Shown piece after piece: positions 49,415 through 63,400 of a stretch of 64,000 nt of DNA. The number at the start of each line of letters is the position of its first letter. Positions within the stretch are counted from its first letter, which is position 1. Made by a program: the position numbers and the translations under genes. The notes beneath the pieces were generated by a model, which was given only the letters and a program-made list of their open reading frames with translations, searched no databases and had not been told where the DNA came from. This DNA is from Camelus dromedarius (lineage: Eukaryota), in NCBI RefSeq assembly GCF_036321535.1, contig NC_087437.1:68016001-68080000 (forward strand), in the 5' to 3' direction.

Positions 49415-50068
49415 CTTCTTTTTACTTTTAATTTTTAAACTTTTTTTTAAAAGTTACTTTCCATTTACAGTTATTACAAAAATATCGGCTATATTCCCAA
49501 TGTTGTGCAGTACAACCTTGAGCCTACTTTACACCCAGTAGTTTGTACCTTCCACTCCCTCACCCATATATTGTCTCCCCACTGATAAACACTAGTTTGT
49601 TCTCTGTATCTGAGTCTTTTTTTATGTTATATTCACTAGTTTGTTGTATTTTTTAGATTCCACATATAAGCAATATCATAAAGTATTTATCTTTCTCTGT
49701 CTGACTAATTTCACTTAGTATAATGTCCTCCAAGTCCATCCACTTTGCTGCAAATGGCAAAATTCCATTCTTTTTATGGACGAGTAGTATTCCATGATGT
49801 GTGTGTGTATACCACATCTTCTTGATCCATTCATCTGTTGATGGACATTTAGGTTGCTTCCATGTCTTGGCATTTCTAAATGGGGCTGCTCTGAACACTG
49901 GGACACATGTATCTTTTTGAATTATTGTGTTTTTGTTTTTCAGATACATACCCAGGAGTGGAATTGCTGGATCATATGGTAGTTCTAGTCTTAGTTTTTT
50001 GTGAAACCTCTATACTGTTTTCCACAGTGGCTGCACCAATTTACGTTACCACCAACAGTGTACAAGGT
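49415..50068 (-). mobile_element. 5'-truncated L1 (ORF2 C-terminus plus 3' UTR)
   Basis: ORF 49653-49949 translates to the L1 ORF2 C-terminus (AKTWKQPKCPSTDEWIKKMWY...WMDLEDIILSEISQTEKDKY). Confidence 0.93.
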
Positions 50069-51434
50069 TTCTTTCAGAGTCTTTCTTATCATGCCTGTTA
50101 GCACTAACGCCATCATCATTCTATAGGAGGAGTTCCTCTGGGGCCTATCTGCTTCTGACAGTGGAGATGGCTCTATAGATTAATTATGGAGCTTTGCTTC
50201 TGCGAGGCACCACATTTTTAACATTCATTATTTATTCCTGAAGGAAAAGAAGTATTTTTTACTTGAGTTTTTAAACTATAATATTTAACTGCTGGTTTGC
50301 ACAATTAATCAAGTGTTTTCATAATCTGGTTACTCTCTTGGACTTGTAGAATTTCAAATCTGGAAGGCTCGAATTGTAAATTACTTTTGCATAGCCAAGC
50401 TGGGCCATATATGTGAAGGGAAATAGAAAAAGAAAGGAATAACATAGATGGCTAAGGGGAAAAAAAAAATCCACAATTCAGACTTTCTTTTTATTTGGCT
50501 ACTTTGGGTTTAAGATCTATTATGGATGATTTTCCTTCAAAAATGCATATCAGACAACAAAAAGTCAGATTTGTGAGGATTATAGGTCATCTAAACTCAA
50601 ATTTAAGTCTTGTTGACCCCTATGTGGCATCTTCATTTAGCGAGTATCCAGCCTGTATCTGGATACCTCCCTCACTCCCCAGATAGTCTCCATTCTTTCT
50701 TTGGATGAGTCCATTAGAAAATGCTTTCTTCTTGAGACCTATATTCTCTCTTCTGGTAGTATCCGTCTTTGGTCCCTCTCTTCCTCCAGAGGGCTGTCAG
50801 CTCTAGCTTTAGAATAATATTTTAAAACACTGAATGTATGTATGCCTGTCTTTCTTACTATGATGTGGTTCACATTCACCAAATGATTTAGCTAATTTCA
50901 CTGATCCTCAATACATCATGTAATGAACTGCTAGGAGTTGTGCTTGAGAACTCAAAGCAGTTAGATAGCCCAGTGCCCCGACTCCTGCAAAAGAATGTAG
51001 TCATAGCGTTTTCATGGGGGCATAGGGCAGACGTGCTGCTTCAAGTCCCCAGCAGCTTTCTGATTCAATTTTGATAGGGCAAAGTTATCTCAGGACAAAC
51101 AGCTACATATGTTGCCTTTTCCAGCAAAGAATCACAGGACTGTACTTTCTGTGAAATCAGTTTTATTTCTCAGCTTAAAGTAGTTACCTTTTATTCCCTT
51201 GAAAAAGCTCTGAAGAGCCTCTGGTTTGAACATTTATTTCAATTTACAAAAACAAAAACTGAGGAGAAGAAGAGAGAGTAAAGTGAATAAGGGAGCAGAG
51301 GGAGAGAGAGTGGGAGGAAAAAGGAAATGGAAGAGGGAAAAAGAGAAGTAATTCAGACTTACTTGTGATGGAGAACTGACCTAAATCCATAACTCAGAAA
51401 GTAAACCGGTTTAAGCAAAGAACCTCCTTGATTT

Positions 51435-51920
51435 ACAGTAGTAACTTGAGCACTTTATACATGGTGAATATTTTCTAAGGGCTTTATAGAATTCACTTTC
51501 CTAGTCCTCACTAAAACCCTGTGAAATAGGTTAATCATCTTCATTTCTGTAATTGAGGCAACTGAGATACACAGAAGTCAAGTAAAACTTGCTTTAAAAT
51601 GTCTCAGCCGAGAAATGATGGAGCTGGGAGTCGATCTCAGGGAATATTGTTCCAGAGAACATAATATTAACATCACCCCCTACCAACAGTGGCTAACAGT
51701 TATTGATCACTACCAAAAGATTAGCCACTCTTCTAAATATTTAATCTCAAAAACTCTCTGAAGCAGAGGATATTACTATCCCCTACAGATAAAGAAACAG
51801 AGGCACAAATATGTTAAATCATTTCCCACAATCACACACCTGATCATTGGTGGAGCTACGATTGAAATACAGCCTTGACACACTATGCTGGAGAGAGCAA
51901 TCTTAACCAGAGATGACTGT
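51435..51920 (-). mobile_element. Two tandem MIR fragments
   Basis: CCTCACTAAAACCCTGTGAAATAGG...GAGGCAACTGAG; and TACAGATAAAGAAACAGAGGCACA. Confidence 0.7.
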
Positions 51921-53689
51921 GTTCTAGTGGATGAAAAGAGCATATCCATAAACACTCAGAATATACAGGACTCAAAGATGGTTTAAGAATACTTAGTGAT
52001 ATATCACTGAGTAGGACATACTGTAGTGCAACCTGATCACACAAGTGCAGACAGGATGGAATCGTTGATCTGATGAGGGAGCGTAAATGTTTTCTTAGTA
52101 AATTTACCTGGAAGGAATGTGCAGCAAGCAATTTAAAAACAAGGAAGGAAGAGAAGGTGTGGAGAGCTATCATTTACCCAGTCAAGCTGCCTGAAGAAGA
52201 AGATAGTAATGGAATTGGGAGAGCACAGAAGTATCAAATTTGGCTTAAACCCGAATCAGTACAGAACCAGGAATCCTGAGAAATTCTAAGCCAAGACATT
52301 CTCAGTGTGTTCACCCTTTCCCCTTACATCTCTCTCTACACTAATGACTTTTTGTGGTGTTATTTTTATCTCACTTTGATCTTGAGAATTGTAGTCAGAG
52401 ACTCAGGAGCAATGTACAATTTTGAAATAGTCTTTCCTTCTCTCCATCTCCCTCAACCCTAGGCTGTTTTCTTGTCTGACATGACTCCATGGTTACCCAA
52501 ATGCTCACAGTTTTTCAGCTTCCCTGAAGAGGGGAGCTTTCTCTGCCCTCGTCTTTACATGGTCAGTTTTGTATGGGTCCTGTTAATTCATAATGTAACT
52601 TCTATAGCAGTTGCCCTTCTGCTCTCTTCTATGCCTCACTCTGCCCTTAATCTTTGAACCTCTGCCCTCTTAAAACTCAAACCATATTTCTCCCTCTTTG
52701 GATCCACTCTTCATTTAATTAACTGTGCCATAAGTTCTCACACCTCTTTGGGTATGGTTTTTGCAAAAAGAAAATTGATACAATAATCTCAAATAAAAGG
52801 ATGTCCTTTAATTGAAAAAAAAGTTACATTCATGAAACTATTTCAAGGTTGTTCTTAGTCATCATGGACCAGAATTTGGAAAACACTGAGCTAATATTCC
52901 TGTGTACCCAAGGCCTTGTATAACCATCATAAAATACCTTTTAGCAAAAGCCATTTCTTAAGGATTTGTGTTTGTACCTGAACTAATCGTACCATTGTTT
53001 CTACAGCTTAAAGCAATGAGGTCACAGTCTCATAGATCATGAGAGTGTTTGGGAGCTGCTGAGATCATTAAGTCTTCATCTTCTTTTCACATGACTTGAG
53101 GGCCATGTACTTACGTAGATTACCTAAAGCTAGTTATTTCTAAGTCTCATTTTCATTTAACAAGTGTTTATCCCCACTATACGTCAGCCCCTGTGTTAGG
53201 TCTACGGTTCACAAACAAGACTACAGTGGCATCTTTGCCCTTGGGTATTTACTAACTCAGCTTCACACCTAGTGGCCCGCCTGCCCTTGGGATGCTATTA
53301 CTCACTGCGTCTCATAGCTAAGCTGAGACGGTTTAGCAAGTTAAGGTCCAGAGAACCCCTGCATCAGAGGAAAGAGTGATGAAAAATTACTGAGTGCCTA
53401 TTAAGCTTAGGCTTTTTACATACCGTGTCAGTTTTTATTATCAAGAAAACTTTTTGAGTGGGTATGGTTTTCAGCAGATGGGGCAGCTACCTAAGAGAGG
53501 TTTAGAGACCTGTCTGAGTTTTCTCCTAGGCAGCCTTAGAACTGCTCCCAGGGTTTGTTTGTCCTGATGTTTTCACCACATCTAGGTACCTTGAAGAGAG
53601 GAGAAGACAAAGATCCAATTTATAAACCTAGTGGAGGCTGAGCCCACTTGGTTCCCATTATGTGTCATCTTTACATAATCATCCTTTGT

Positions 53690-54045
53690 CTTCTCTTCCA
53701 GATCTTTCACCTGCTGCTCTGTCCACTTAAAATCTTTACAAGGCATTTTTTCTTTTTAATCGCAAATAGATTTCAGTTCACAATTTTTTACTGTTCAGTG
53801 CAGCAATCCTGAATCACTCTCCCTGTATGGTTACCTTTTAATCACTCCATCCCCTTCTCATGTTGTCACGTTTAGCACACTCACAGCAATCTGAAATTAC
53901 CTTATATAATTTTGTCTTTTTCCCCGGAAAGAATGTGAATTCTTGAAAGCACAGTACTTGACTGATAGAAACAACTGTATTCCTAACACGTCGAATAGTA
54001 TCTCACATAGAATGTGCTCTCAATAAAATTGTTGTAGAAATGAAT
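53690..54045 (+). mobile_element. L2 LINE 3' end
   Basis: ...AGAATGTGAATTCTTGAAAGCA...CTCAATAAAATTGTTGTAGAAATGAATG. Confidence 0.65.
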
Positions 54046-54405
54046 GTATTTTCAGATAGAATTAGCATTGTTACTCATTCTTTATTAGAATGCCACATTC
54101 TGTTTGAAAACTCTCCTTATTCTCACATTAGGTGTCTCTTTCTAAAGAGTTGTGTAATTTTTCATAGTTTTAAAAAATAAACCAAAATAGTAATTTTCTA
54201 TTGTATGAGACATGTAATTTAGAAGACCTAAAAATCTGAAGCAAAATAAAAATCCCTGTGTGTAGCAAGCCACCATATTTTAAGAATTCACCTTCATACA
54301 TTTATCTTATGGTGATGCATCTTCTGAGAAGTGGCATAGAATTAGATGAACAGGCTAATAAGGAAAATTAAATATTCAGTTTCTGATAAATAATGGCAAC
54401 CTGGC

Positions 54406-54439
54406 TGTAATTCTCCTTCTCCACCAGCAGGGGTCTCAA
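54406..54439 (+). promoter_or_regulatory. CTCF-like site with upstream (U) motif
   Basis: Core CCAGCAGGGGTCTC (12/14 to CCAGCAGGGGGCGC), preceded at 6-bp spacing by TGTAATTCT. Confidence 0.4.
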
Positions 54440-55352
54440 AAAGCATTTTTACCCACCAAAATGTCTATTTAAAAGAAATTTGTGGATATATAATTTTTTT
54501 AATTAATGTTAACAGGACAGAACACACATAATCTAAAATATGTTAAATTTTAAAAAATTTCTTTTAAAATGATCCTTTGTGATGTTTTTGCTTATTAGTC
54601 TTCACAACTTATTTTGTGTTTACCTAGCACTAAGTTGGTAGGTGTATCTTAACAGGTATCAAAACACAGTGTGGAAATAGTACTGATTTATTTGTGTTTC
54701 TAATTAGAGTCCACATATTCAAAGTTCTTAACATCTTTCCTGTCTTTAAACAAGTCCAAGGAATTGTGCAAAATGAATAGGGCTGATGAAAAAAAGGCCT
54801 GCAGAAAAGGGTTCTTCAGTCTGTTTCTTTCTGAATTAATCAGCGACTTGTTTGGGAAGCAGTCTACTGCATTTGACTTTTAGAAAATGTCCTCTGCTCA
54901 GCTGCATCAAGATTGGTCAGATACAGTACCAGCTTCCCTGCCGCCCACATTCTTTGCAGCCTCGGCTTCAGGAAGGGTAGCAGGGATCCCAGCAGCACGT
55001 GTTCCTGTCCCCCCCTGTATCCCACCACTTTGTGCACTGCCCACCTTCTCTCCATCCCTAGCAAGTAGGAAAGAAGAATCTCCCAGGTAGGTCATTCCCT
55101 TCTCAGGTTTTTCCTCCTAATGCACCCATTTACGTTTGCTTGTTAGTCATAGTGCTTGACACCCTTTCCTCAAGTCGCCTGCCTTTTACCCCTATTCCCA
55201 ATAGGCATGAACAGTTGCAAACAATCACTACAAAAATTAGCATCTCCAAACCACATCTTTCCATGTACTTCCATAAGCTTTGTGATAAGGCATTCTCCCA
55301 AATTGTTGATTGTTGTTGTAGTCCTGTTTCACTACATCTGTCTCTAAATTGT

Positions 55353-55395
55353 TGGATGGATAGATGGATGGATGGATGGGGTGGATGGATGATAG
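55353..55395. repeat. (GGAT)n microsatellite, imperfect
   Basis: Read directly. Confidence 0.9.
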
Positions 55396-56149
55396 ACAAG
55401 CGGATGGGTAAAGTAGATATATATGTTTGAGGGACATTTATTTACACATACACATACACACTATACATGTAGTACACAGATACACACATGTATACACACT
55501 GTATATATTTAACTGTATTTTTATATTTATTTATCAATTTGTCCATTGATATAGTACAATGTAAGAATACTAGGAATTGGCTGTTAACGTGGAAGACAAC
55601 TTCTCCTTCTGTGCTGACCATTGAACTGGACAAGGAAGATTTAAAAAAGAAAAGAAAACAAAACAAAACTTCCTTCAACCCTTCCAATTTAGGAAAAGTT
55701 ATAAACCTTAGAACCAGAAAAACCACATGAACACTTACAAACGACGTGAAGCTAAATTCAGACACCGTGTAAAGTGCACATATGCTGAGAGGAATGAAAT
55801 TACAGAACCACAGTACTACGATGGGATTCCTCATGGAAGATTCCCCAAGGAAAGAGTGCTCTAAGCCCAGTTTTGAAGGAATGAGTCAATCACAGGTTGT
55901 CTAACAAGGGGGACATCCATGCCCAGAAAGGAAGAGAATGTAGCAGGGCCTGCAGAGGGAGAGATGGGAGGAAAGCCTGGAGGATGTGAGACTGCCTTAG
56001 CTTGGGTTCTTAGCTTGGGTCTCCTAGACTTTCCGATCCTTGAGAGGATGTAGGCTTAGACTGGTGACTTCCACTCTTGTGAAAGGTGAATAACTCAGGG
56101 AGCGTCAATTGAAAAAATCACTACAAATTCATGCCTTCATTTATGTGTT

Positions 56150-56540
56150 CATTCACTTATTCTCTCCCTTGCCCACTAAACTTCACACCCACTCAGCCTC
56201 TTTTTCTCCCTAGGGCTTTTGCACATGCTCTTTTTTCCCATCTAAAATTTTTCCCATATTTTTTCACATGATCCATTTTTCTTTCACAGGATTTAATTGT
56301 TTTAATTCCTCAAAGTGCTTCTCCTGGCCAAATTTTATCACAACACCCTGATTATTTCTCACAGAAGTTTATAATTTGCAATAGTTTATACATTTGTTTG
56401 CCTATATATTGTTTGTCTTCCCTGGGAGCTTGAAAATCTGTGAAAACTGGAATGATAACTGTTTCCCTCACCACTATGTTGCCATGGCATACTCAGATGT
56501 GGACCATAGTACGTACTCAGTACTCAGATGTGGACAAGTA
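56150..56540 (+). mobile_element. L2 LINE 3' fragment
   Basis: AGGGCTTTTGCACATGCT...TTGTTTGTCTTCCC. Confidence 0.65.
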
Positions 56541-57439
56541 TGGGTAGGAAAAACAATGAGAGTAAATAAAAGATTCAAACTAAAGTATTTTTTGCAGAGT
56601 CCAAAGTGAAAATCAAATCTAGATTTAATGTAGCCATGACGTGAAGAATAACAATTCCAAGAGTTTATACAGAAACTATGTTATGTATTAAAAGTATATA
56701 TGACTTGTAGATAAATACTTGAAGTATAAACTGATGCAGATATTTACTGGGGCATGACTCCATATTTCCCAGAGGTACAAGTACAAAAAGAAAAGAAGAT
56801 ATATGCTATAGTATTTAAAGGCTCCTGGGATATTGGAACTGATGTTAGAATGCCTTTGTCTTACATGATTAATATCCTCATCTTTATAATACTCTTTCTA
56901 ATGTACAAGATTTGTCATCATTGGCAGCAATATCAGCATCATGAATATTTATTAATTACTCTACAAGGATTTGAGCAGTCTGGTTTAGAAGTAATCCCTG
57001 CCTGTATGGAAATTTGCAAGCTATAACAAATGACATTTGTGTGGGTGACAAGGTGAATTTCTATGAACCAGCAAATGTCCATCAACAATTAACATATTAG
57101 TAGATTATGCCTGTGTTGACACTTCCAGTCTCAATAAATATTTTGCCTCATTATCCAGTGGTTGTTATTGAGCTATTAGTGCTATCCCTTGCATCAGAAC
57201 AATTGTTTATTGAGGCACGTAAATTTGTGAATTACATATGTGCTTCCATCTTTATTCCCAAGAATAATTTCTGTTTTCTACAATCTTATCCTATGCTAGA
57301 GAATATAAGCTCCATCAGGACAGGGAACTGGTTTATCAGGTTCGCAGCTACATCTCCATCTCCCAGCACCCTGCTCATAACAAGTTAAGATTCAATAAGT
57401 ATGTGTTAAACAAATAGACAGTGAAAAATTTTTCATTAG

Positions 57440-57880
57440 ATAGTGGCAACTATGTGCAGACACTAAACTAGGCACTTTACACATACAGTTGACCCTTGAA
57501 CAACATGTATTTGAGCTGCATGGGTTCACTTATAATGTGGATTATCTTCCCACAAATACTACCGTAGTACTCTGTGATCTATGGTTGGTTGAATCCATAG
57601 ATGCAAAGTGTAGATATAGAGGGGCCATGGATATGGAGGGCTGACTATAAGCTTCAGTGAGGATTTTTAGCTGGGCAGAGGGTGGGCACCCCTAACTCCT
57701 GCATTGTTCAGGGGTCAACTCTATTATCTTATTTAATCCTCACTATAAATGTACAATTTTGTATTGTCATTGTCCCATCTTACAAATAAAGAAACTGAGT
57801 TATAAAGGGTTTGTCCTCCCTATGAGTACACATTCAATCAGTGTTGGGAGAGGGTATTAAGCCTCAGGATACTTTCCACC
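57440..57880 (-). mobile_element. MIR SINE split by the Tigger2 MITE
   Basis: ACTATGTGC...GGCACTTTAC / TTTAATCCTCAC...CCCATCTTACAAATAAAGAAACTGAG. Confidence 0.75.
57486..57721 (+). mobile_element. Tigger2-family MITE (about 236 bp) inserted at a TA inside a MIR
   Basis: TA-CAGTTGACCCTTGAACAAC ... TTGTTCAGGGGTCAACTC-TA; removing it rejoins the MIR (GGCACTTTACACA-TA-TTATCTTATTTAATCCTCAC). Confidence 0.9.
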
Positions 57881-58789
57881 ATCCTACTGATGCTGTTAGA
57901 CCAAGAGGCACTTGGAAGTTGATACAGTCAGAAATGCACCACAGAGGCTAAGATTGTTGATATTCTGTAGTACACTAGTGAGGGAAGATATAATTCAATT
58001 ATGTCCCCTAGAAGTGTCCACAAAAGAAAAATTAGCCATTTTATGAGTCAGACCTAAACTTTATGGATCATAGATAAGCTACACCATATTATTTCAAATA
58101 AAACCATATTGGAGAAGAAGAGCATAGTACTTTACAGAGTATTAGCTGTGAAGATACAAGACTAAAAGGATTCCCGGTTCTTTCTTTAAAGCTGTATAGC
58201 TTAGTTCCTCTGTGCCTCAATTTCCTCACCTGTAAGATGGAGAAACGCTGACTGGTAAACACTTTATATTCACTATATTATTTATCACAGAGGCTGACCT
58301 ACATTAAATGCTCAATAAATGTTAACTATTACTGTGGTTCATTCTGTCCCAGAAATAAGACATGGCAAATGTTCTCTAACTTCCATGAATAAAAACCTGT
58401 TTCAAACAACACATGCTGTCTTTTGAAGATGCTGTGTCTACTCAGTGGATAGCTTAGAATTATAACAGACTTTGGGTGATGAATACCTTAGCAAGACCAA
58501 TAAAATTGCCTTTTCTTTCTTACATTGAAAGTACCTGATTGCGTGCTCTCTGCAGAGAAATTGTTATCTATTCCACTCACTATAAATTAAAGTAGTCAGG
58601 AGGTTTAGGGATAGCAATTGGTCCAGCAAAGAACAATTTATTACTTCATGAACAATAGCCCACATCAAATATTATCTCTACCACTGTACTACCAATTTTG
58701 GCTATAAAAAGCCAGGAACTTTGCCCTCCTGTGTCACAAGCAACACCAGAACACTGAGGACATTTTCAACAAGGTTTTAATTACAGTAA

Positions 58790-59890
58790 AACCTCCCTTA
58801 ATGAAAACTTCATATGCATTTTTCACTCGTATAAAATTGTCACAGCGACACAAATGTTAAAATGGGAAATAATCATAAGAATCCTATCATTTTAAGAAAT
58901 GGACTCTTCTTTTTCTGTATCTTCTTCCAAGACGTATTTATTTTCCTCTCTGCATTTTTGGTTAACATTAAATCATAAGCATTTCCCCACATACTTACTT
59001 ATTCTCCATAAATACTCTTTCAGTCGGGTATATGTGCTTACAATTTACTTAATCCATCCCCCTTGATAGACGTGTCTATTTTTTCTCTTTGTCTTTTCTA
59101 TGAATACCAATACAAAAACCTCCCTTGTAAGTATATTGATATTTATATATTTATCTCAATATCCTTTATGTAGGATGAGTTTCTGGATGTCAGATAACTT
59201 GAAGGGTTTGAAGAGTTTTACAACACCTAAATTATAAAGCTAAATCATCTTCTAAAGGTTTCTACCAGCTTGTCAGCAGCATATCATGAGTATGCTTTAT
59301 TGAAGATTGCTTTCTATAATTGAGCTGTTATCTTCATGTATTTGTCATCCTATCATTAATATCAACTGATAGTTTAGTATGGACGTCTGTTTGAGATGTC
59401 AGGTTCATCATTTCCAATAATTCAATTGTAACTCTTCTTATATAAATGAATTTTTTCCTCTTAGCCTCTGTTTGTTTACCTATTGATAACTTTATTTTAT
59501 TTATATAAATGGTACATTTATGTAATATAAGTTTTAACAATTTAAACTTTTCTGTTAATTTCCTCTCTTCCATTTTATATTATAATTTTTCTTTCTTAGA
59601 AGTTTGATTTTATGTAGAAAAATGTACTGACTTCTTCCTTTTAAAATCTTAGAAATTCTATAGTTTCTCCACAGACCTAATAAATATTGTATGTTCTGCT
59701 ACATACTTTTCTTTACCTAAAAAATTATTTTGGTGTATGGTATAAAGTATGTTCTGTTCCCAGTGAAGTGCTAAACTCTTTCTTGAGCATCGTTTATTTA
59801 ATTACAATGTCCCTACCCATTGTTTCATGACGGTTGCTTTGTCATATATTATATGCTTTTATATAATTGGATCTCTTTATAGGCCTTTTA
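58790..59890 (-). mobile_element. Ancient L1ME-like fragment
   Basis: AT-rich degenerate antisense L1 motifs (CAATTTACTTAATCCATCCCC, TTTTGGTGTATGGTATAAAGTA, TTTGTCATATAT). Confidence 0.6.
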
Positions 59891-60390
59891 AAAACAGGAT
59901 TTGACCTATATAAAAGCACGATGGCTGGACGCTGCTCTAAGATGTTGATTGAATGCTTCTACGTGGTATCTTCTCTATGGCAGGTTGTTAACATTTGAAT
60001 GTTTTATAGAAGTGAATTCTTAAAAAAATGTTGGTGAGTGCATTGGAAACCTTTTAAAATGGCTGTAATTAGCTACTCTGGGAGAATATTATGGGCTTTG
60101 ATGGGCCCCTCAGTGGCAGTTCCACTGGCCTAGCCTATTGACTGACAAAAGATTGTAGAGGAATATTTAATGTTGTTTTAATTAACAACTCCTAAAAGAA
60201 AATGTCAATTATCTTCCATTAGCCTGAGGCCTTATCTTTCCAAAATTTTCCCTCACCTCCTTTAAAATGGTACATAGAAAATTATTTCTTTTATTCCCCC
60301 ACAGACATCCATCATCTTTTGGAAGTAAGACAAATGTTTAGTTTTTACATCTTGGGTTAATAATGATTTTAAATCTAGCAAAAAATAAAT

Positions 60391-60478
60391 AAGGAAGAAA
60401 GAGAGAGAGAGAGGAAAGAGGGAAAGAAGGAAAGGGAAAGGAAGAAAGACAGGGAAGGGAAGGGAAGAAAGAAAGGAA
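60391..60478. repeat. GA-rich purine tract
   Basis: Read directly. Confidence 0.9.
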
Positions 60479-63400
60479 TTACACTGCCTTTTAAAATATT
60501 TACCTGTCAGTGACAGGAGTTCATTTTTGGATATCTGTTCTCAGAAGGTGGTCTGAGAAGGTATGACAATCACAGCACGTAATTAAACATATATAAATTT
60601 GTTGCTGTAGAAAGGAATTATGAGTAAAGTTATCCACAGGGAAAATAGATGGTAAGTGATCTTTTAGATGTGGGATGTCATACTTGAGGTTGGGGAGAGA
60701 TCAGGTTCTAGATGCTACTTCCTGACTACACGGGCCTTGGCATGAAACAGACTTTGGGTGTCATCCTTATTTCTCCACTTACTGGGTGTGGCTTTGGGCA
60801 AACAATGTAACTTAGCCTCAGTTTTTCACATGACCATGGTAGGATTTACCATAAAGAATTGTCCTCAGGATTAAATGCAGAGCTCCCGCCTCCGTGTCTG
60901 TGACATGGCTCAGTGAATGCTGGCTTTGGCCATCACCGAGCACATCAGCTGTGTGTTATAATCTAGATGCAGAGAAAATCGAGAGGGTATTTCAGGTGGA
61001 GGCATTGTTACCTCTGGGCTTTTGCTCTTGCTAACGTCTCTGCTTGTATGGGAGAAACTAGCTGAGCATTGCAGAAAGTTTAAAAAAAAAAGAAAAAAAA
61101 AAAGAAAAAGAGTTCCTAAATCAAAGAGTTTTAAAATTGAATGCCACATTTATGAACATTTTTCTCTGTTTTCTTATGGTCATATGTCAGAGAGTATGTG
61201 ACTTGGTTAAGAAAAAATGCCAGCCTGCAAGTTCTCAGGCTCACTGGTGCAGTGAAGCCATCAGGTTCTAGGGTTACTTGTGTTGGCACATGGCTCCATC
61301 TTGACAGATGTCAGGTTCCTACTTTTCTTAAACTGTTGCAGCTTCAGGTACTTAGGAGCTGGCAAGAGATTCCTCAATGTGGATAACAAAAAATCTTTTA
61401 CTTAAAAGTCAGAAAGAGGTAGGGGACTAGGGCACTCAGTCACTTTAAGAGGTCTGTTTAAGAGGGCTTTTTAGCAACAGCAAAACTAAATTTTTAATTG
61501 GACAAATAAGCAATTAGAGAATGTGAGGGAAATAAGTTGGCCCGTTTTATAAAAGGCAAATAAATTTCATTTCTGTAATAATATTTATACCTTATAAATA
61601 TGTTATAATAATAAACATTTACTATATCTCCAGTACTGATAGAAGAACTTTACTTATTAACTCATTTATATACCAAAACAAAACTAGGAAGTACGTACTG
61701 TTTTTAACTCTTCTTTACTGATCAAGTGTCTATTTGCCCAGGGTGGAACCTGAATTTGACGTCAGCAATCTGGCCCCAGAGTAGCTGCTCTTAATGTATA
61801 AATTCCCTGTCTTTTTTACATGAATGTAGGCTCAGCTCTTAGTAAACGAGGTTCTTGGGTCTAAAGGGCCAAACTGGTGGTGATTAGACTGCCATCTTGC
61901 CCAGATTTCTCCACATCTTTTTCTGGAATTGTTCAGCCCCTTCTGAGGGGCAAAGTGGATCTGTCCTCTTCCAAAGTTATAAAATAGCACCACTGTCTGT
62001 TCTTGACTTTCACATTTGTCCTTGCACCATCCCATGTTAATCCTGGGCTTCCTGAACATTTCCCATCCTGGGCTCAAAATATTTACCGGAAATACTCTTT
62101 TGGGTTATAACCTTTTTGGATGTTGCACTTCTTCACTCCTAGGTCTTTAGAGTTTGCCATCCCTACCGTGGTAACCAGGCTCATCAGGATCATCTCAGCT
62201 GCTCTTCCATTTTTTTTTTCTTCCTTTTTTGTGCCACAGCTGGTTTATTGTGGCCACTGTTTTGTAAGACCAATGACTTCCATATGTCACACCTGCTCCT
62301 GAGTTCATCTTTAGAAGTGTGTCAGCGCAGGCTGTGAAAGAGGAAAGAGGTCTGAAGGGCCAACCAAGAGGAGAAAGCGGATAAGGACGTGGGAAAAGGG
62401 AGGCGAGGAGGAAGGAGCCAGCAGGGGTGCTGGGCAGCATCAGATCTGCCCTACGGGGGATGTGTTCCACAGAGTTTTCACTGGAACATGGAGCCTGGCT
62501 AACCGTTGAAGAAAGAAGTTAAAGGAAGTGAAGATGAGACACGTATAGGGAAAGGTGAGTGTGAGGAGCTGAGCAGGGAGCATGTTGAATAAATAGCTTA
62601 AAAAAAAAAAAAAGTACCTGATCGCACACAAGGATCTGAAGTTTAAAAGCTCATGTTGTTTTTTCCTTCCCTACACGAGGCCAATTTTGTAATAATGCAA
62701 GATAAAAAGGTTGGTATTCTGAAAGTGTCTTTGCACCTCTTCCCCTCGGAGAGAGACTTAATGAGGTGTTGGGGATGAGGGACTGACCCCAAAGCGTCAG
62801 TCTCATTATGTCCTGCTTCGTTCCGGTACCTGACAGCTCACCTCTCTCCTCAAGCCTCAGTAAGGTGAGGGGCGCTGAGCTTTTCATACAGCTCCACACT
62901 CGGGATCTTGTTAGGTTAAAGAATTTACTTCTAAAGCTTTTTGGCAAATGCCTGGGGAAAAAGAAAATAAAACCTGTGCTTACAATATCATAGTATGGAT
63001 TGCTTTTTACCTGACTCCTTTCATTATAACAGATCAAGAATCGTTGAGTGATAGAGAAATTGCCCCGTAACCAATTTTAAGCAGTTGCTGGGACACTCAG
63101 AGACTGGTGACACTCTAATTATGCACACATGTGATATAATCTCTGTCCGGGTTATAAGTGATAACCAGATACCTACTTATGATTAGTGAAAAGTGTTGTG
63201 AAGAAAGGAAAAGGTACATATAGTCATTGTCATCATGATAATAATAATAAAAATAGTGCAATAGACTAGAAGGAGCGTAGTAGTAGTCATATGAGTAGCA
63301 GCACTGTTTTTTTGAGAACCTCCCAAATGCCAGACTCAAGGGCATTTTTTCCTTTTTTTACTGTCAAGTTAATTAAAATAAGGAAATTGAGAATCAGAAA

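Noticed and set aside
53680..53745. Strong acceptor TTTGTCTTCTCTTCCAG at ~53701
   Set aside because: It lies in an L2-like fragment with no convincing donor downstream.
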